From contig OY820579.1 in assembly GCA_963681965.1 (NCBI GenBank), positions 3,712,001 to 3,776,000 on the forward strand: a DNA stretch of 64,000 nt. The letters run 5' to 3'. Numbering within the stretch: position 1 is the stretch's first letter; the number at the start of each line of letters is the position of its first letter. Below the pieces are notes generated by a model, which saw only the letters and a program-made list of their open reading frames with translations, did not search any database and had not been told where the DNA came from. This DNA comes from a bacterium (GTDB lineage Bacteria; Electryoneota; JAOADG01). This document shows positions 9,223-20,763 of the stretch, in pieces. The position numbers and the translations under genes were made by a program.

Positions 9223-11342
9223 CTACTTTAACAGAATGAGCCTCTGCGTCGATTGCATTTTTCCATTCGAAAGCTTTACAAAATACGTCCCGGATGATAA
9301 CTGCTTCCCATCGAAATTGAGTTTGTAATTCCCCGCGTGCCGATATCCTTGATCGAGTGTACTAATCTCCCGACCCTGCAGATCGAAGACGCGGAGATCG
9401 ATGTTTCCGGAAGTGGGAAGTGAGTAAGAAATCGTGGTCGATGAATTGAACGGGTTGGGGTAGTTAGGATGGAGTGAGATGTTCGCGGGGATCATTTCAT
9501 TCTGATTATCTGACACACCGAGTGCTTGCGAGCAGTCGTAGATGCTAAAATTATTCTCGTCGGAAACATATGCGCGATTATTAACCACAGCAACGTTACA
9601 GGCAAGATAAGGAGTATCGTAGAATCCAACCTCTACTGGTGCAGATGGATTGCTAACATTAATCACTCGCAATCCCCCAACCCCATCTGCTACGAACGCG
9701 TAATTACCGGAAACGGTAACGCCTTCACAATTACCGGGAGTGGCATAGAATCCATCAATTTGGGGGTTTGCTGGATTGCTGATATTGATGATGAACATCC
9801 CGGTATCGATACAAGCCACATACGCGTAATTGCCATTTACAGCGACACGATTAGCATATCCGATGAATTCGCAGTATCCAACTTGAACCGGTCTAGTTAC
9901 ATTGCTGATATTGATTATTTTCAATCCCTCACCAGCGACATAAGCGTAATTGCCGGAAACTGCAACATCCAAAGCTTCATAGGCTGTCGTGCAGGTACCG
10001 ATTAATCGCGGACTTGCTGGATTGCTGATATTTAATATTTGAAATCTCTGAGTACCGGCGGCAACATACGCATAATTACCAGAAACAATAACACCATAAA
10101 CGGGTGTTAAATAGAAGCCAACTTCAACCGGTGAAGCTGGATCAGTGATATGAATGATCCGCAATCCCCCGCTGTAAGTTCCGATATATGCGTAATCACC
10201 AGATACTGCGATAGTATAGCCAAACCGGGAGTTGGACAGGTACCAACTGAACTGAGATTTGCCGGATTGCTGATGTTGATGATCCGCAATCCCGCTTGCC
10301 CATCGGCAAGATATCCGTAATTGCCGGAAAAGGTAGCATCATAAGCAGTGCCAATGGCAGCGTGGGATCCGACTAATGAAGGGGTAGTCGGGCTGCTGAT
10401 ATTGATAATTCGTAACCCTCCATCGGCGACATAAGCATAATTGCCGACAACGGTCACACCGATTGCATTACCGGGGGTAGCGCAAAATCCTTCTGATTGG
10501 GGACTGGTTGGATCGCTGATATCGATGATTTGTATTCCATGATTATAATCAGCCACATAAGCGTAATTGCCGGAAACAGCTACACCTATTACATCGCTTT
10601 GGGTGCTATCAAGTCCGATTTCAACCGGTTCGGTTGGATTGCTAAAATCGATGATCCTCAGTCCGTAAGCGTCGTCTGTCACATAGGCATAATTACCGGA
10701 TACGACAACTCGTTCGGCTTCGTCGAAGATCGAACAAATACCGATTGTTCTAGGGCTTGCGGGATTGCTAATGTCGATGATCCACAATCCCGAACAGCAA
10801 TTGGCAACAAAAACTTTGTCACCGGAAACAGTGATACCTAGTCCAGGATCTCGAAAAAAACATGATCCAAAGTATTGGGGAATTTCAGGATCGCTGATAT
10901 CTATTACCAGCAATCCCGCATCTTCTGTAGTTAGGTAGGCATAATTGCCGGAAACTGCGACACTATAGACGTGATAGGGGGGATCATACGATCCAATTTC
11001 AACTGGTGTTGCGGGATTGGTAATATCGATGATCCGCAATCCCCAATATTCATTCGCTAAATAGGCAATATTTCCCGAAACGACCACTCCCATAACGCCG
11101 TAGGAATAGTAAAATCCCATTTCTATCGGAGACACGGGATTGCTGATGTCATAAACCTGTAGTCCTTTTGACAAATCCGCTACATAGGCATAATGTCCTT
11201 GAACCGCTACCGAATATGTATTGGATTGCCAGAAGCGACCAAGGCAACGTACTCCCGAGCTGTCCTGTGCCCAGCTTAGAGGTGTACAAATACAGATCGT
11301 CCACAGCGCAATGAGGAAATAGAGGATGCGTACCGATTTCAT
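9223..11342 (-). pseudogene. LVIVD-repeat beta-propeller + CTD protein split by a 1-bp frameshift near 10218 (pseudogene or sequencing error)
   Basis: ORFs 10107-11342 and 9223-10164 continue the same VSGNYAYVA..GLRIIDIS repeat; adding one T at GCT[T]AT restores LAYTIAVSGDYAY. Confidence 0.8.
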
Positions 11343-11488
11343 GACTTGTCCCTTTGACCGTTGAATGATTGGAGATCGAAAAGAAAACAAGATCGTTATT
11401 CAATATCACACCGTTCTCAGGTAAATTGCAAACCAAATTGACCCGGAATGAAGAATTTTCTGGAATCGGAATTCGATTTATTGATAAA

Positions 11489-11528
11489 GCCCCAAGCACT
11501 AATCACCCATCACCAATTTCCATCACTA
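11489..11528 (-). repeat. Degenerate heptamer tract beginning at the stop codon of 11526-13688
   Basis: tagtga tggaaat tggtgat gggtgat tagtgct tggggct. Confidence 0.7.
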
Positions 11529-13688
11529 CTTCACCAGCATCATCTTCCGCACTGTTTGCGACTTCTCATTATGGAGCCTGAGGAAATACGTTCCCGAGCT
11601 CAAATCCTTCCCATCTAAATTGAGCTGGTAATTCCCCGCTCGCCGATATCCTTGATCGAGTGTACTAATTTCCCGACCCTGCAAATCGAACACCTTCAGA
11701 TCGATGTTCCCGGAAGTGGGAAGTGAGTATGAGATCGTGGTCGATGAGTTGAATGGATTCGGGTAGTTGGGATGGATTGAGATGTTCGCAGGGATCATTT
11801 CATTCTGATTATCTGACACACTGAGTGCTTGCGAGCAGTCGTAGATTCCTAAATTGGTTTGGTCTGCGACATAAACGCGATTCCCGATTACATTGGTGCT
11901 GTAACAAGAGCCGGGGGTATTATAGAATCCGACAGGACGAAATTGCGGTAACTCGGAGATGTCGAAGATCCGCAACCCTTGATCAAGTTGGGCGAAATAG
12001 GCGAAATTTCCCACGATTGAAATTTGATTGGCATTATAATAAAATGAGCCAAGCGAAACATTCACTGGATTTGCCGGCACAGTGATGTTGTATAACATCA
12101 CATTAGCATTGGGACCCGATAAGTAGGCGTAATTACCAGAGATTGCAATATCTCCGATGTGAGCAGCGGTATTGATGCTGCTTACCGATCGCGGATTGAT
12201 CGGATTGGTTTTATCAATTATCTGCCACACCGATTGTCCGAATACATTCGGATTGTATTCGATCAAATAGAGATAGTTGCCGTTGAAAGCGATTCCCGAG
12301 GCTTGATAACGGGTAGCAATATGTGCGACTTCCTGAGGATTTGTCCGATCGGTCAGGTCGACAATTTGCAAACCGGAATCGGCTGCTGCAACGTACAGGT
12401 AATTATTCTCGATGGCAGTTTCCGCAATACTGGACGGTGCATGGTAGATACCTACCTGCCGGGGTTGACTGGGATCGATAATATCGATGATATGGACGCT
12501 GGAGTCGCCCGCTACGACATAGGCATAATGCTCGGCAACTGTCAGGCGATATGAGGCGGCTCGCATCGAATAAAATCCGACCACCTGCGGAACGCTGACA
12601 TTGGCGATGTCAGTAATCACGAGACCAATTCCAAAACCAGCGGTATAAGCATAATTTCCCACTACCGCGACATCGTTGAAAAATCCAGGAGCCTGATAAG
12701 AACCGATCACGGTAGGAGTATTCTCACCGTTTAAATCGATGATCCGCAAACCATAGCTGCTATTTGCGATGTATGCATAATTTCCTGCCACAGTGACATC
12801 GTAAACATAATCGCCTAATTGGATATCGGTTGTTAACTGCGGCGCTAGAATATTGCTAATATCCACGATCGAGCAACTGCCATCAATCCCTTGATATGTC
12901 ACTAAAGCACGATTACCGTAAAGTGCGATGCGATTCGAAGAATGAGTGATTGGGCAGGAGCTTACCAGTTGTGGACTCTCACTATTGCTGATATTAACAA
13001 TTCGAAGACCGTAGTTATTCTCTACGAGATAGGCATAGTTACCGGCGATTGCTACATCGGAGAAATATTGATTATTCGCTGGATAGACGCCAAGCGGGAA
13101 AGGGGTCGCCGTATTGCTGATGTTCAATATCCGCAATCCGCGTGTACCGACTACATAAGCAAAATTCCCATCGACCGCTACCCCAAACACATATCCCGGA
13201 AACACATAAAATCCAGCTTCGTACAAACTGTCGGCACGTGTGATGTCAAAGATCCGTAATCCGGAAAATCCATCAGCGATATAGAGAAAATTTCCGGAAA
13301 CCGTCATTTTTTCCGGCGGCGATGGGAGAAGGTAATTACCGAGCGAACGTGGTGTCCGGGTATTGGCGATATCGAAGACCGTCAAACCGGAATCGTGACC
13401 CACAAAGGCATACCGACTGGATACTGCGATACATCGTGCTGTCCCGGAAGTAGCAGAGAAACTGACGTGTTGCGGGTTGGTCGGATGACTGACATTCAGG
13501 ATGTGAAGACCGGTGGAGAGATCGGCGATATAGGCAAAGGAATCGCGCACTACGACAGCGTGAGCTTGTTGACGCCAAAGCCGACCGAGATTTCGGATAT
13601 TCAAACTGTCCTGCGCCATGCTAAAAGTCGGGGAAAAGACGATTATACTGATCGTGGTAAGAATAATGAAGCTGCGTATCGGTTTCAT
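11526..13688 (-). CDS. Secreted LVIVD-repeat beta-propeller protein + CTD
   Basis: Signal peptide, about 14 GNYAY..GLRIxDI repeats, HPNYPNPFNSSTTISYSLP...RKMMLVK. Confidence 0.9.
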   Translation of the reverse strand: MKPIRSFIILTTISIIVFSPTFSMAQDSLNIRNLGRLWRQQAHAVVVRDSFAYIADLSTGLHILNVSHPTNPQHVSFSATSGTARCIAVSSRYAFVGHDSGLTVFDIANTRTPRSLGNYLLPSPPEKMTVSGNFLYIADGFSGLRIFDITRADSLYEAGFYVFPGYVFGVAVDGNFAYVVGTRGLRILNISNTATPFPLGVYPANNQYFSDVAIAGNYAYLVENNYGLRIVNISNSESPQLVSSCPITHSSNRIALYGNRALVTYQGIDGSCSIVDISNILAPQLTTDIQLGDYVYDVTVAGNYAYIANSSYGLRIIDLNGENTPTVIGSYQAPGFFNDVAVVGNYAYTAGFGIGLVITDIANVSVPQVVGFYSMRAASYRLTVAEHYAYVVAGDSSVHIIDIIDPSQPRQVGIYHAPSSIAETAIENNYLYVAAADSGLQIVDLTDRTNPQEVAHIATRYQASGIAFNGNYLYLIEYNPNVFGQSVWQIIDKTNPINPRSVSSINTAAHIGDIAISGNYAYLSGPNANVMLYNITVPANPVNVSLGSFYYNANQISIVGNFAYFAQLDQGLRIFDISELPQFRPVGFYNTPGSCYSTNVIGNRVYVADQTNLGIYDCSQALSVSDNQNEMIPANISIHPNYPNPFNSSTTISYSLPTSGNIDLKVFDLQGREISTLDQGYRRAGNYQLNLDGKDLSSGTYFLRLHNEKSQTVRKMMLVK

Positions 13689-13747
13689 AACTTGTCCTCA
13701 GTTCAATGGTGGAAGTTCGGATCGACAAGAAAGCAAGATCGCATAGT

Positions 13748-13776
13748 AATATGCGCCTAGAGATAGATTATTGCAA
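13748..13776 (-). promoter_or_regulatory. Putative sigma70 promoter for 11526-13688
   Basis: TTGCAA-17 nt-CATATT on the minus strand. Confidence 0.4.
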
Positions 13777-13847
13777 GCGAAAAATTATCTTTATTGAAAT
13801 TTCTGAAAGTGCTCTCCACTATTTCCCGTTAGAGTTTTGGAAAGTAA

Positions 13848-16091
13848 TTATTTTAGCACGATCATTTTCTTGGTCACAGTCGTTTGTCCCTCCGACAATC
13901 GGATGAAGTAGTTGCCGGAGCTAAGCGCTTTGCTGTCGAAATTGAGTTTGTAATTTCCGGCGCGCCGATATCCTTGATCGAGTGTACTAATTTCCCGACC
14001 CTGCAAATCGAACACCTTCAGATCGATGTTCCCGGAAGTGGGAAGTGAGTATGAGATCGTCGTCGAGGAGTTGAATGGATTGGGGTAGTTGGGGTGCAAC
14101 GAGAATAAGCTCGGAACACTGATCTGGCGTGGTTCTTCAACCCAGGTTTGTCCGCCGGAGGAGGTATGCAGGATGGTTCCATATTGCCCGATAATCCAAC
14201 CATTCAATGAATCGCAGAAGTCAACTTTATATAATGATAAATTAGTACCACTCTGGTCACTGCTCCACGAATTTCCTCCATCTGTGGTTTTAAAAATCGA
14301 TCCGGAATTCCCCACTGCCCAACCGTGGTTGACATCGGGAAAACACAAGTCAAGAATATCGCATCCACCACGATTGAAAACAACCGTCCAGTTAATACCG
14401 CCGTTGGTCGTTCTGAGAATGCAGGAATTTACAGAGGAGGAGGAGAAAAGTCCGCCGCCTGCGAAGCCAAGAACGCGATTCAAAAATCGTACACAGGTTA
14501 ATTGTGGCGCATCGGGAGTGGTTTGGTTATTCCAGCTTACACCTCCGTCAGTGGTGTGGATAATTACCCCCGAACAACCGACACACCACCCATTCCAACG
14601 ATCGACAAAATCGATGCAATGACCGAAATGAGGAGAGACGTTAATTAACTGGCGGATCCATTCGGCACCACCGTTCGTCGTTCGCAACAGAACCCCTTGA
14701 TAGGGCTGGTTGAAATCGTTTCCGGCAATCCAACCATATTGCGACCCGACAAAACTGACACCGGTAAATAAAGAATAGACATTCGACGGGGAAGAGACGG
14801 TATCGGTATATCGAAGCTCCCAGCTCAATCCACCATCGCCTGTCCGATAAATTTCACTCGGATCGAGCGTATAAAAAAGATTACTTCCCACTGCCCAACC
14901 ATTATTTTCATCGATAAACGCTACATCGGCAATCTGTTTGGGAGCGGTATACGTCCGGTGAGTCCAGTTTTGACCGCGATCTGTGGTGAGATATCCGTGA
15001 AGCAAAAACCTGCTTAAACTGAAAGACTCTGAACCATAAATCATACAGGTACTGGGATTAAAAACAAAAATGGCATTGTTATAGGTCTGGTACCTCGAAC
15101 TAGCATATTGCCAATGTACTCCGCCATCGGTAGTGAAATAGGATAAACTGTTGTTGCCGATTGCAATCCCGTTAATGGAATCGGCAAATTCGATGTCGTT
15201 TATCGCAACAGATGTCGGTATTTGTTGGGTGGACCAAGTGGCGCCACCATTAGAAGTATGCCGGACTCGTCCCGATTGATTGAACAACCACGCGTGATTG
15301 TGACCGATGAATTCGGAACCTTGATACCCTCCCACAACTGTATCGGCACTGCAATAGACCCACATCTGCCCCCAATTGTCCGTTTGCCAGATCTCGGAAA
15401 TGCCATTACCATTCCGATACGTCCACGCAAACGTCGAATCGACTGCCTGCATTCCGAGAAAGGGATTGCCACTTCGCCAAAGATTTCGTCCCCAATGCAA
15501 TCCCCCATCGGTCGTATATCGGGTTACTGTTTGCGAATTATTGGTGCCAAAAATCCAACCGTAATTGTTATCGAAGAATTTTACGGTCGTGAACTGGTCG
15601 GTATTCGTACTGAAACAAGTATCCCAGTTGATACCGCCGTTAGTTGTTTTCAGTAAGCGATACGTGTTCGTTGTATTCGCATAATCGATCAACCAACCGT
15701 GCATCGTATCGCTAAACGATAGCGATAAAAGCTGGGTTCCAAACAGTGGCGTGATATTGCTCCAATGGGAACCATTGTCTCGGGAAAGTAATAAGCGATT
15801 GGGAATATCTCGACTGACGATCCAGAGTTTATTACTCACGGCTTCGATCTGCGAAAAATCGAGTGAATCGTACGGCGTAGGTTGCTTCTGCCAACTCACT
15901 CCTTGAACGGTCGATCGCAGTAATGTGCCTGATCGACCGATTGCCCAAGCTTTCGATAAATCGACACACTTTATCGCCGATAAATCGTAATCGGAAAGCG
16001 CTGGATCTTGCATGATCCAAGTATTGGCATGCAGAAGTAATGGGAATGCGAATAGGATAAAAATGACCGGAACGAACACATTGCGCGCCAT
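13848..16091 (-). CDS. Secreted YCF48/BNR (Asp-box) beta-propeller protein + CTD
   Basis: GGAGG RBS, signal peptide, repeated GWxVG..TTDGGxxW, CTD ending KKMIVLK. Confidence 0.9.
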   Translation of the reverse strand: MARNVFVPVIFILFAFPLLLHANTWIMQDPALSDYDLSAIKCVDLSKAWAIGRSGTLLRSTVQGVSWQKQPTPYDSLDFSQIEAVSNKLWIVSRDIPNRLLLSRDNGSHWSNITPLFGTQLLSLSFSDTMHGWLIDYANTTNTYRLLKTTNGGINWDTCFSTNTDQFTTVKFFDNNYGWIFGTNNSQTVTRYTTDGGLHWGRNLWRSGNPFLGMQAVDSTFAWTYRNGNGISEIWQTDNWGQMWVYCSADTVVGGYQGSEFIGHNHAWLFNQSGRVRHTSNGGATWSTQQIPTSVAINDIEFADSINGIAIGNNSLSYFTTDGGVHWQYASSRYQTYNNAIFVFNPSTCMIYGSESFSLSRFLLHGYLTTDRGQNWTHRTYTAPKQIADVAFIDENNGWAVGSNLFYTLDPSEIYRTGDGGLSWELRYTDTVSSPSNVYSLFTGVSFVGSQYGWIAGNDFNQPYQGVLLRTTNGGAEWIRQLINVSPHFGHCIDFVDRWNGWCVGCSGVIIHTTDGGVSWNNQTTPDAPQLTCVRFLNRVLGFAGGGLFSSSSVNSCILRTTNGGINWTVVFNRGGCDILDLCFPDVNHGWAVGNSGSIFKTTDGGNSWSSDQSGTNLSLYKVDFCDSLNGWIIGQYGTILHTSSGGQTWVEEPRQISVPSLFSLHPNYPNPFNSSTTISYSLPTSGNIDLKVFDLQGREISTLDQGYRRAGNYKLNFDSKALSSGNYFIRLSEGQTTVTKKMIVLK

Positions 16092-16263
16092 ATCGCCTCC
16101 AAGCAATGGCAGGAGAGAACAACTGGAATAATATGCTAATTTACATACATTACTTATTAGTGAATCTTAATGCAATAACATGTAGCAACAACTAAATATC
16201 GATCAAGATACTGGTAAGGTCGATCTCACGATCGATGTATATATTTCATCAAGACCGTGATGA

Positions 16264-18417
16264 CTATTTCAAAATTGTGATCTTCGTCATTCGACTGTTC
16301 GCATCATTCTTCAGTCGCACAAAATACGTCCCGGACGACAACCGCTTCCCATCGAAATTCAACTTGTAATTCCCCGCGCGCCGATATCCTTGATCGAGTG
16401 TACTAATTTCCCGACCCTGCAGATCGAAGACACGAAGGTCGATGTTCCCGGATGTGGGAAGTGAGTATGAAATCGTAGTCGATGAATTGAACGGGTTCGG
16501 GTAGTTCGCGTGCAATGTGAAGGCAGTGGGAAGAACCGATTGTCGCTCCTCGACGCCAGCAGCATAGTTATAATAGTGTACGATGATACCACCGTCGCCG
16601 ACTGCCCACCCGCTATTATTACTCACGAACGTGAGACTATATAATTCCCAATCGGTTCCAGCATTTTGCGTTGCCCAGGTATTGCCATTGTTCGTCGTGT
16701 ATTGCAATAAATCCGAACCGATCATTCTTCCGATAATCCAACCGTGGGTTGAATCGGAGAAGGAGATCCCGTTGGGATTATTCATACCGCATCGCGAAAA
16801 ATTCCAATTTCGCCCGCCATCGGATGTGTGAACGACTGTGTAATTATCACCGACTGCCCAGGCATTGTTTCGATCGATAAACACCAAATCGCTTAAATAG
16901 TTGCCGTTCGCTGTTACCGCCGGAGACCAGGTATTTCCACCATTGGTAGTATGAAGAATTGCACCGCCATCGCCGACAATCCAGCCATTGTTCAGATCGG
17001 TAAATTTAATATGCGACGGCGTATTGACTGGTGACAATTCCGCTTGGCGAGTCCAGGATGCACCACCATTGGTCGTATGTAACACGAATCCGTAATACGC
17101 TGGACTGACAAAATCGCGACCGGCAATCCAGCCATTGTTCGGATCGACAAACGACACACTAGACAATCTATAATTCGTCGAGAGTGTTTGATTCGTCCAA
17201 CTGGTACCACCATTGATTGTATGACAAATGATTCCTTGAAAACCTACGACCCAGCCATTCAAAGAATCGAGAAATTCGATATCGCAAAGCAATGCAGTAG
17301 TTCCACTCGACTGCGAGGTCCAAGTAGAACCGTTGGCAGTATTCAGAATCGTGCCGTTATAACCAACCGTCCAGCCGCGATGATCATTGATGAAGAATAC
17401 GTCCAGTAACGAATTTGTCGTCACGGCATTTCTTGCATGCATAATCCAATTCCATCCACCATCGGTCGTGCGGAGGATGCCGTGCTCACTGCTGATAAAA
17501 CCGGTATTGGCGTCTGTGAAAGATATTCCGGTGGGATAGTTGAAAATACCACTCGTCTGGAGCGTCCAGTTAGTACCGCCATCCATAGTGCAAAGGATCG
17601 TTTCACCATTCACCGAATTATTTCCCACTACCCAACCGGTGTCAGCATTGATAAACGAAACCCCATAAAAAATTGTCGAATACCCCGATACTTGCGAAAC
17701 CCAAGTTCTTCCGCCATCATCGGTCCGGAAGATCGCTCCGTAACTCCCTACTGCCCAACCAGTATTGGCATTAATAAATGTGACGTCTTTAAAATATCCG
17801 CAAGCGCCACAAGCCAATCGATCCCAATTTTCTCCTCTGTCAGTGGTGTGCAATACAATGCCGGATGTTCCAACTGCCCAGATAGAGTTACCACTGATCA
17901 GTGAAATCGCATACAAATCATAGGAAGTACCGCTTACTTGGGTAACCCAGGTTTCTCCACAATCGGTGGTATGAAGGATTTTACCGGAATCACCTACTAT
18001 CCATCCGTTGTTTGAATCGGAAAATGCCACCCCGTGTAATTTGAGTCGTGTGCCACTTATTTGCCGGGTCCAAACCACACCGGAATTCTCGGTGTGGAGA
18101 ATAGTGCCGGAATCGCCGACAATCCAACCGCGATTCAAGTCGAGAAAGGTAACTTGTTGTAGATGAATTCCCAGTCCACTATACTGGGTAATCCAAGTTT
18201 CGCCGCTGTTTGTTGTTCGGAGGATTGAGCCCAGTTGACCGACTACCCACCCCGTATTCGAATCAACAAATTTCATCCCGTAAAATGATTGTCGTGATGG
18301 AGATGGATTTTGGATCTCCCAGTCGATTGCAAATGCAAAGAGCGCCGGACCGAAGATTAAAATGACTATCGACAATAACCGATAGATACCGCTGGACTTG
18401 ATTTGATCGGATTTCAT
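16264..18417 (-). CDS. Secreted YCF48/BNR beta-propeller protein + CTD
   Basis: Signal peptide, repeated GWIVGDSG.ILHTTxGG.TW, CTD ending KITILK. Confidence 0.9.
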   Translation of the reverse strand: MKSDQIKSSGIYRLLSIVILIFGPALFAFAIDWEIQNPSPSRQSFYGMKFVDSNTGWVVGQLGSILRTTNSGETWITQYSGLGIHLQQVTFLDLNRGWIVGDSGTILHTENSGVVWTRQISGTRLKLHGVAFSDSNNGWIVGDSGKILHTTDCGETWVTQVSGTSYDLYAISLISGNSIWAVGTSGIVLHTTDRGENWDRLACGACGYFKDVTFINANTGWAVGSYGAIFRTDDGGRTWVSQVSGYSTIFYGVSFINADTGWVVGNNSVNGETILCTMDGGTNWTLQTSGIFNYPTGISFTDANTGFISSEHGILRTTDGGWNWIMHARNAVTTNSLLDVFFINDHRGWTVGYNGTILNTANGSTWTSQSSGTTALLCDIEFLDSLNGWVVGFQGIICHTINGGTSWTNQTLSTNYRLSSVSFVDPNNGWIAGRDFVSPAYYGFVLHTTNGGASWTRQAELSPVNTPSHIKFTDLNNGWIVGDGGAILHTTNGGNTWSPAVTANGNYLSDLVFIDRNNAWAVGDNYTVVHTSDGGRNWNFSRCGMNNPNGISFSDSTHGWIIGRMIGSDLLQYTTNNGNTWATQNAGTDWELYSLTFVSNNSGWAVGDGGIIVHYYNYAAGVEERQSVLPTAFTLHANYPNPFNSSTTISYSLPTSGNIDLRVFDLQGREISTLDQGYRRAGNYKLNFDGKRLSSGTYFVRLKNDANSRMTKITILK

Positions 18418-18503
18418 AGCTGCTCCTGTGAGAATAAATCAAATTCGATGAACTTCCTTAAATAAGCCGAACGATTGATAGATACCGATGAATTTCCGGT
18501 CAC

Positions 18504-20669
18504 CTATTTCATTAAAATCATTTTTCGAGTTGTTTGCTGTTGATCATTCATGAGCCGAACAAAGTACGTTCCCGATGACAACTGCTTGCCATCGAAGTTG
18601 AGCTGGTAATTTCCGGCGCGTCGATATCCTTGATCGAGTGTACTAATTTCGCGTCCCTGCATATCGAACACTTTTAGATCGATGTTCCCGGATGTGGGAA
18701 GTGAATATGAGATCGTCGTCGACGAGTTGAATGGATTCGGGTAGTTCGGGAAAAGCGTTGGACAAGCTGGAATTGTCGGTGAATGCGGTTCTTCAATCCA
18801 AGCTTGACCGCCATTGGAAGTATGAAGAATGACACCTGAGTGACCAACGATCCAGCCATGATCGATGTCGGTAAATTTAACACAGTCATAGTACATATTG
18901 TTCAGGTAACTCTCATCGATCCAACTGTTACCACCATCGGTCGTGTGGAGAATACAGCCATTCCAGCCCACTGCCCAACCGTGATCGCGATCGATAAAAT
19001 CGATTGAAGTAAGACTTCGGTAGGTTAGAGTATCGCGTTGTATCGTCCAGTTATTTCCACCATCGGTTGTATGCAGGATCTTTTCATAACCACTCACACA
19101 CCAACCGTATAATGAATCGACAAACGATACATCGGAGATAGAGCCGGTGACTGGACTGTTTTGTCGAGACCAGGATTGACCACCATCGCCGGTATGGAAG
19201 ATGAAACCTCGACCACCAACTACCCAGCAGTGATTCCCGACAATATCCAGATTCAGGAGATAATCAGTTGCCTCCGTGAATCGATGGAAATTCCAATCAA
19301 TGCCTCCGTTCGTTGTGTGGTAGATCGAGTACCAATTCAGAATCCACCCATCGGATGCCGAAGTAAATTTTACTTTCTTAGGGATATCTCGCAGTGAATC
19401 ACGATTGATACTCATCCAATTAGAACCTCCATCCGTAGAATAGTGGACCAGAGGATAGATATTGTAATATCCTCGGGGATCGTACGGTACATGGAGTTCA
19501 CCTGCTGCCCATATTCGATTGGAATCGATGCAATCGATGGAGGTTAACAAGATGGAGGAAGTGTATGAAGCCGCAGTCGACCAATGCGATCCGTCGGTAG
19601 TATGGTAAATCATTCCATCTCCGGCTGCCCAGCCATTGGTCCGATTGACAAAGTCCACAGATTGAAACGTCGGAAAATCACCAGTGATCAGATTACTCCA
19701 GGTAACGCCCCGATCAGTTGTCCTCAATAACGCGCCGTTGCAGGCAATCCAGCCATTATTCGAGTTCGTAAAGATGATCGAATTCATCCCGTAGGGTGTT
19801 GAAGGGTATTGCTCCCACGTTGCGCCACCGTCGTTGGTATAAATCAAGAATGACCGGTATCCGCACGCCCAGCCATGGAGTGAATCGGTAAAAGTCACAG
19901 ATGATAAAGCGTCAGTAATGGTGGCGGGCACTGTTTGCGCAATCCAAGTCGCGCCGCTATTGGTGGTATGAAACACCGGACCGGCATTTCCGACTGCCCA
20001 ACCGAGACGCGAGTTGACAAAAGAAATTGCATTCATGCTCACATTACTAATCTGAACGTCCCAGTTCAAACCGCCATTGGTCGTGTGCAAGATCGAATAT
20101 CCGGCTGCCCAGCCATTGAGTGAGTCGGTAAATGTTACTTGTTTTAGTCCACTATACTCTTGCTGAGCGCGTTCGCTCCAGGTCTGACCGCCGTTGCTGG
20201 AATAGAGGATCGTGTTTACACCTTGTCGATTTCGATTAATCGCATATCCAATGACAAGTCCTCGATTGGAATCGAAGAAATGAACATCTCGAAAGTGATA
20301 TTCCGAAATAGCGGAATTCGAATGGATGACCTGATTCGTCCAATGATCACCACCGTCAGTCGTCTGCAAAATGACGCTGTCTCCGACCATCCACCCATTG
20401 TTGGAATCAAGGAAATAACAACCGTTGATGTGAATTTGAGCATGACAATTCTGGATATCCCAGGACTGTCCGGCATTGGTCGTATGAATGATGGCTCCAT
20501 CATAACCACAAACCCATCCGATCGTGTCATTCACGAACTGAATCGACCGGTAATCGTAGGGGTACATTGTTGGCGATTGCTGTTCCCAATCTACAGCGAA
20601 TAAGCTGAATGGATGAATGATGATCACCAAAATAACAGACAGGATAAGTAAGCAAGATCTGGTGCTCAT
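18504..20669 (-). CDS. Secreted YCF48/BNR beta-propeller protein + CTD
   Basis: GGAG RBS before MSTRSCLL, repeated HTTDGG..W, CTD ending RKMILMK. Confidence 0.9.
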   Translation of the reverse strand: MSTRSCLLILSVILVIIIHPFSLFAVDWEQQSPTMYPYDYRSIQFVNDTIGWVCGYDGAIIHTTNAGQSWDIQNCHAQIHINGCYFLDSNNGWMVGDSVILQTTDGGDHWTNQVIHSNSAISEYHFRDVHFFDSNRGLVIGYAINRNRQGVNTILYSSNGGQTWSERAQQEYSGLKQVTFTDSLNGWAAGYSILHTTNGGLNWDVQISNVSMNAISFVNSRLGWAVGNAGPVFHTTNSGATWIAQTVPATITDALSSVTFTDSLHGWACGYRSFLIYTNDGGATWEQYPSTPYGMNSIIFTNSNNGWIACNGALLRTTDRGVTWSNLITGDFPTFQSVDFVNRTNGWAAGDGMIYHTTDGSHWSTAASYTSSILLTSIDCIDSNRIWAAGELHVPYDPRGYYNIYPLVHYSTDGGSNWMSINRDSLRDIPKKVKFTSASDGWILNWYSIYHTTNGGIDWNFHRFTEATDYLLNLDIVGNHCWVVGGRGFIFHTGDGGQSWSRQNSPVTGSISDVSFVDSLYGWCVSGYEKILHTTDGGNNWTIQRDTLTYRSLTSIDFIDRDHGWAVGWNGCILHTTDGGNSWIDESYLNNMYYDCVKFTDIDHGWIVGHSGVILHTSNGGQAWIEEPHSPTIPACPTLFPNYPNPFNSSTTISYSLPTSGNIDLKVFDMQGREISTLDQGYRRAGNYQLNFDGKQLSSGTYFVRLMNDQQQTTRKMILMK

Positions 20670-20763
20670 TGTAGCTCCGCTAAGTATCGATTGAATTGTA
20701 CATGGTGACGAATTTTTATTCAATGAATGCTCTACACTTGGTATAATTCGCAATAACAGTACA

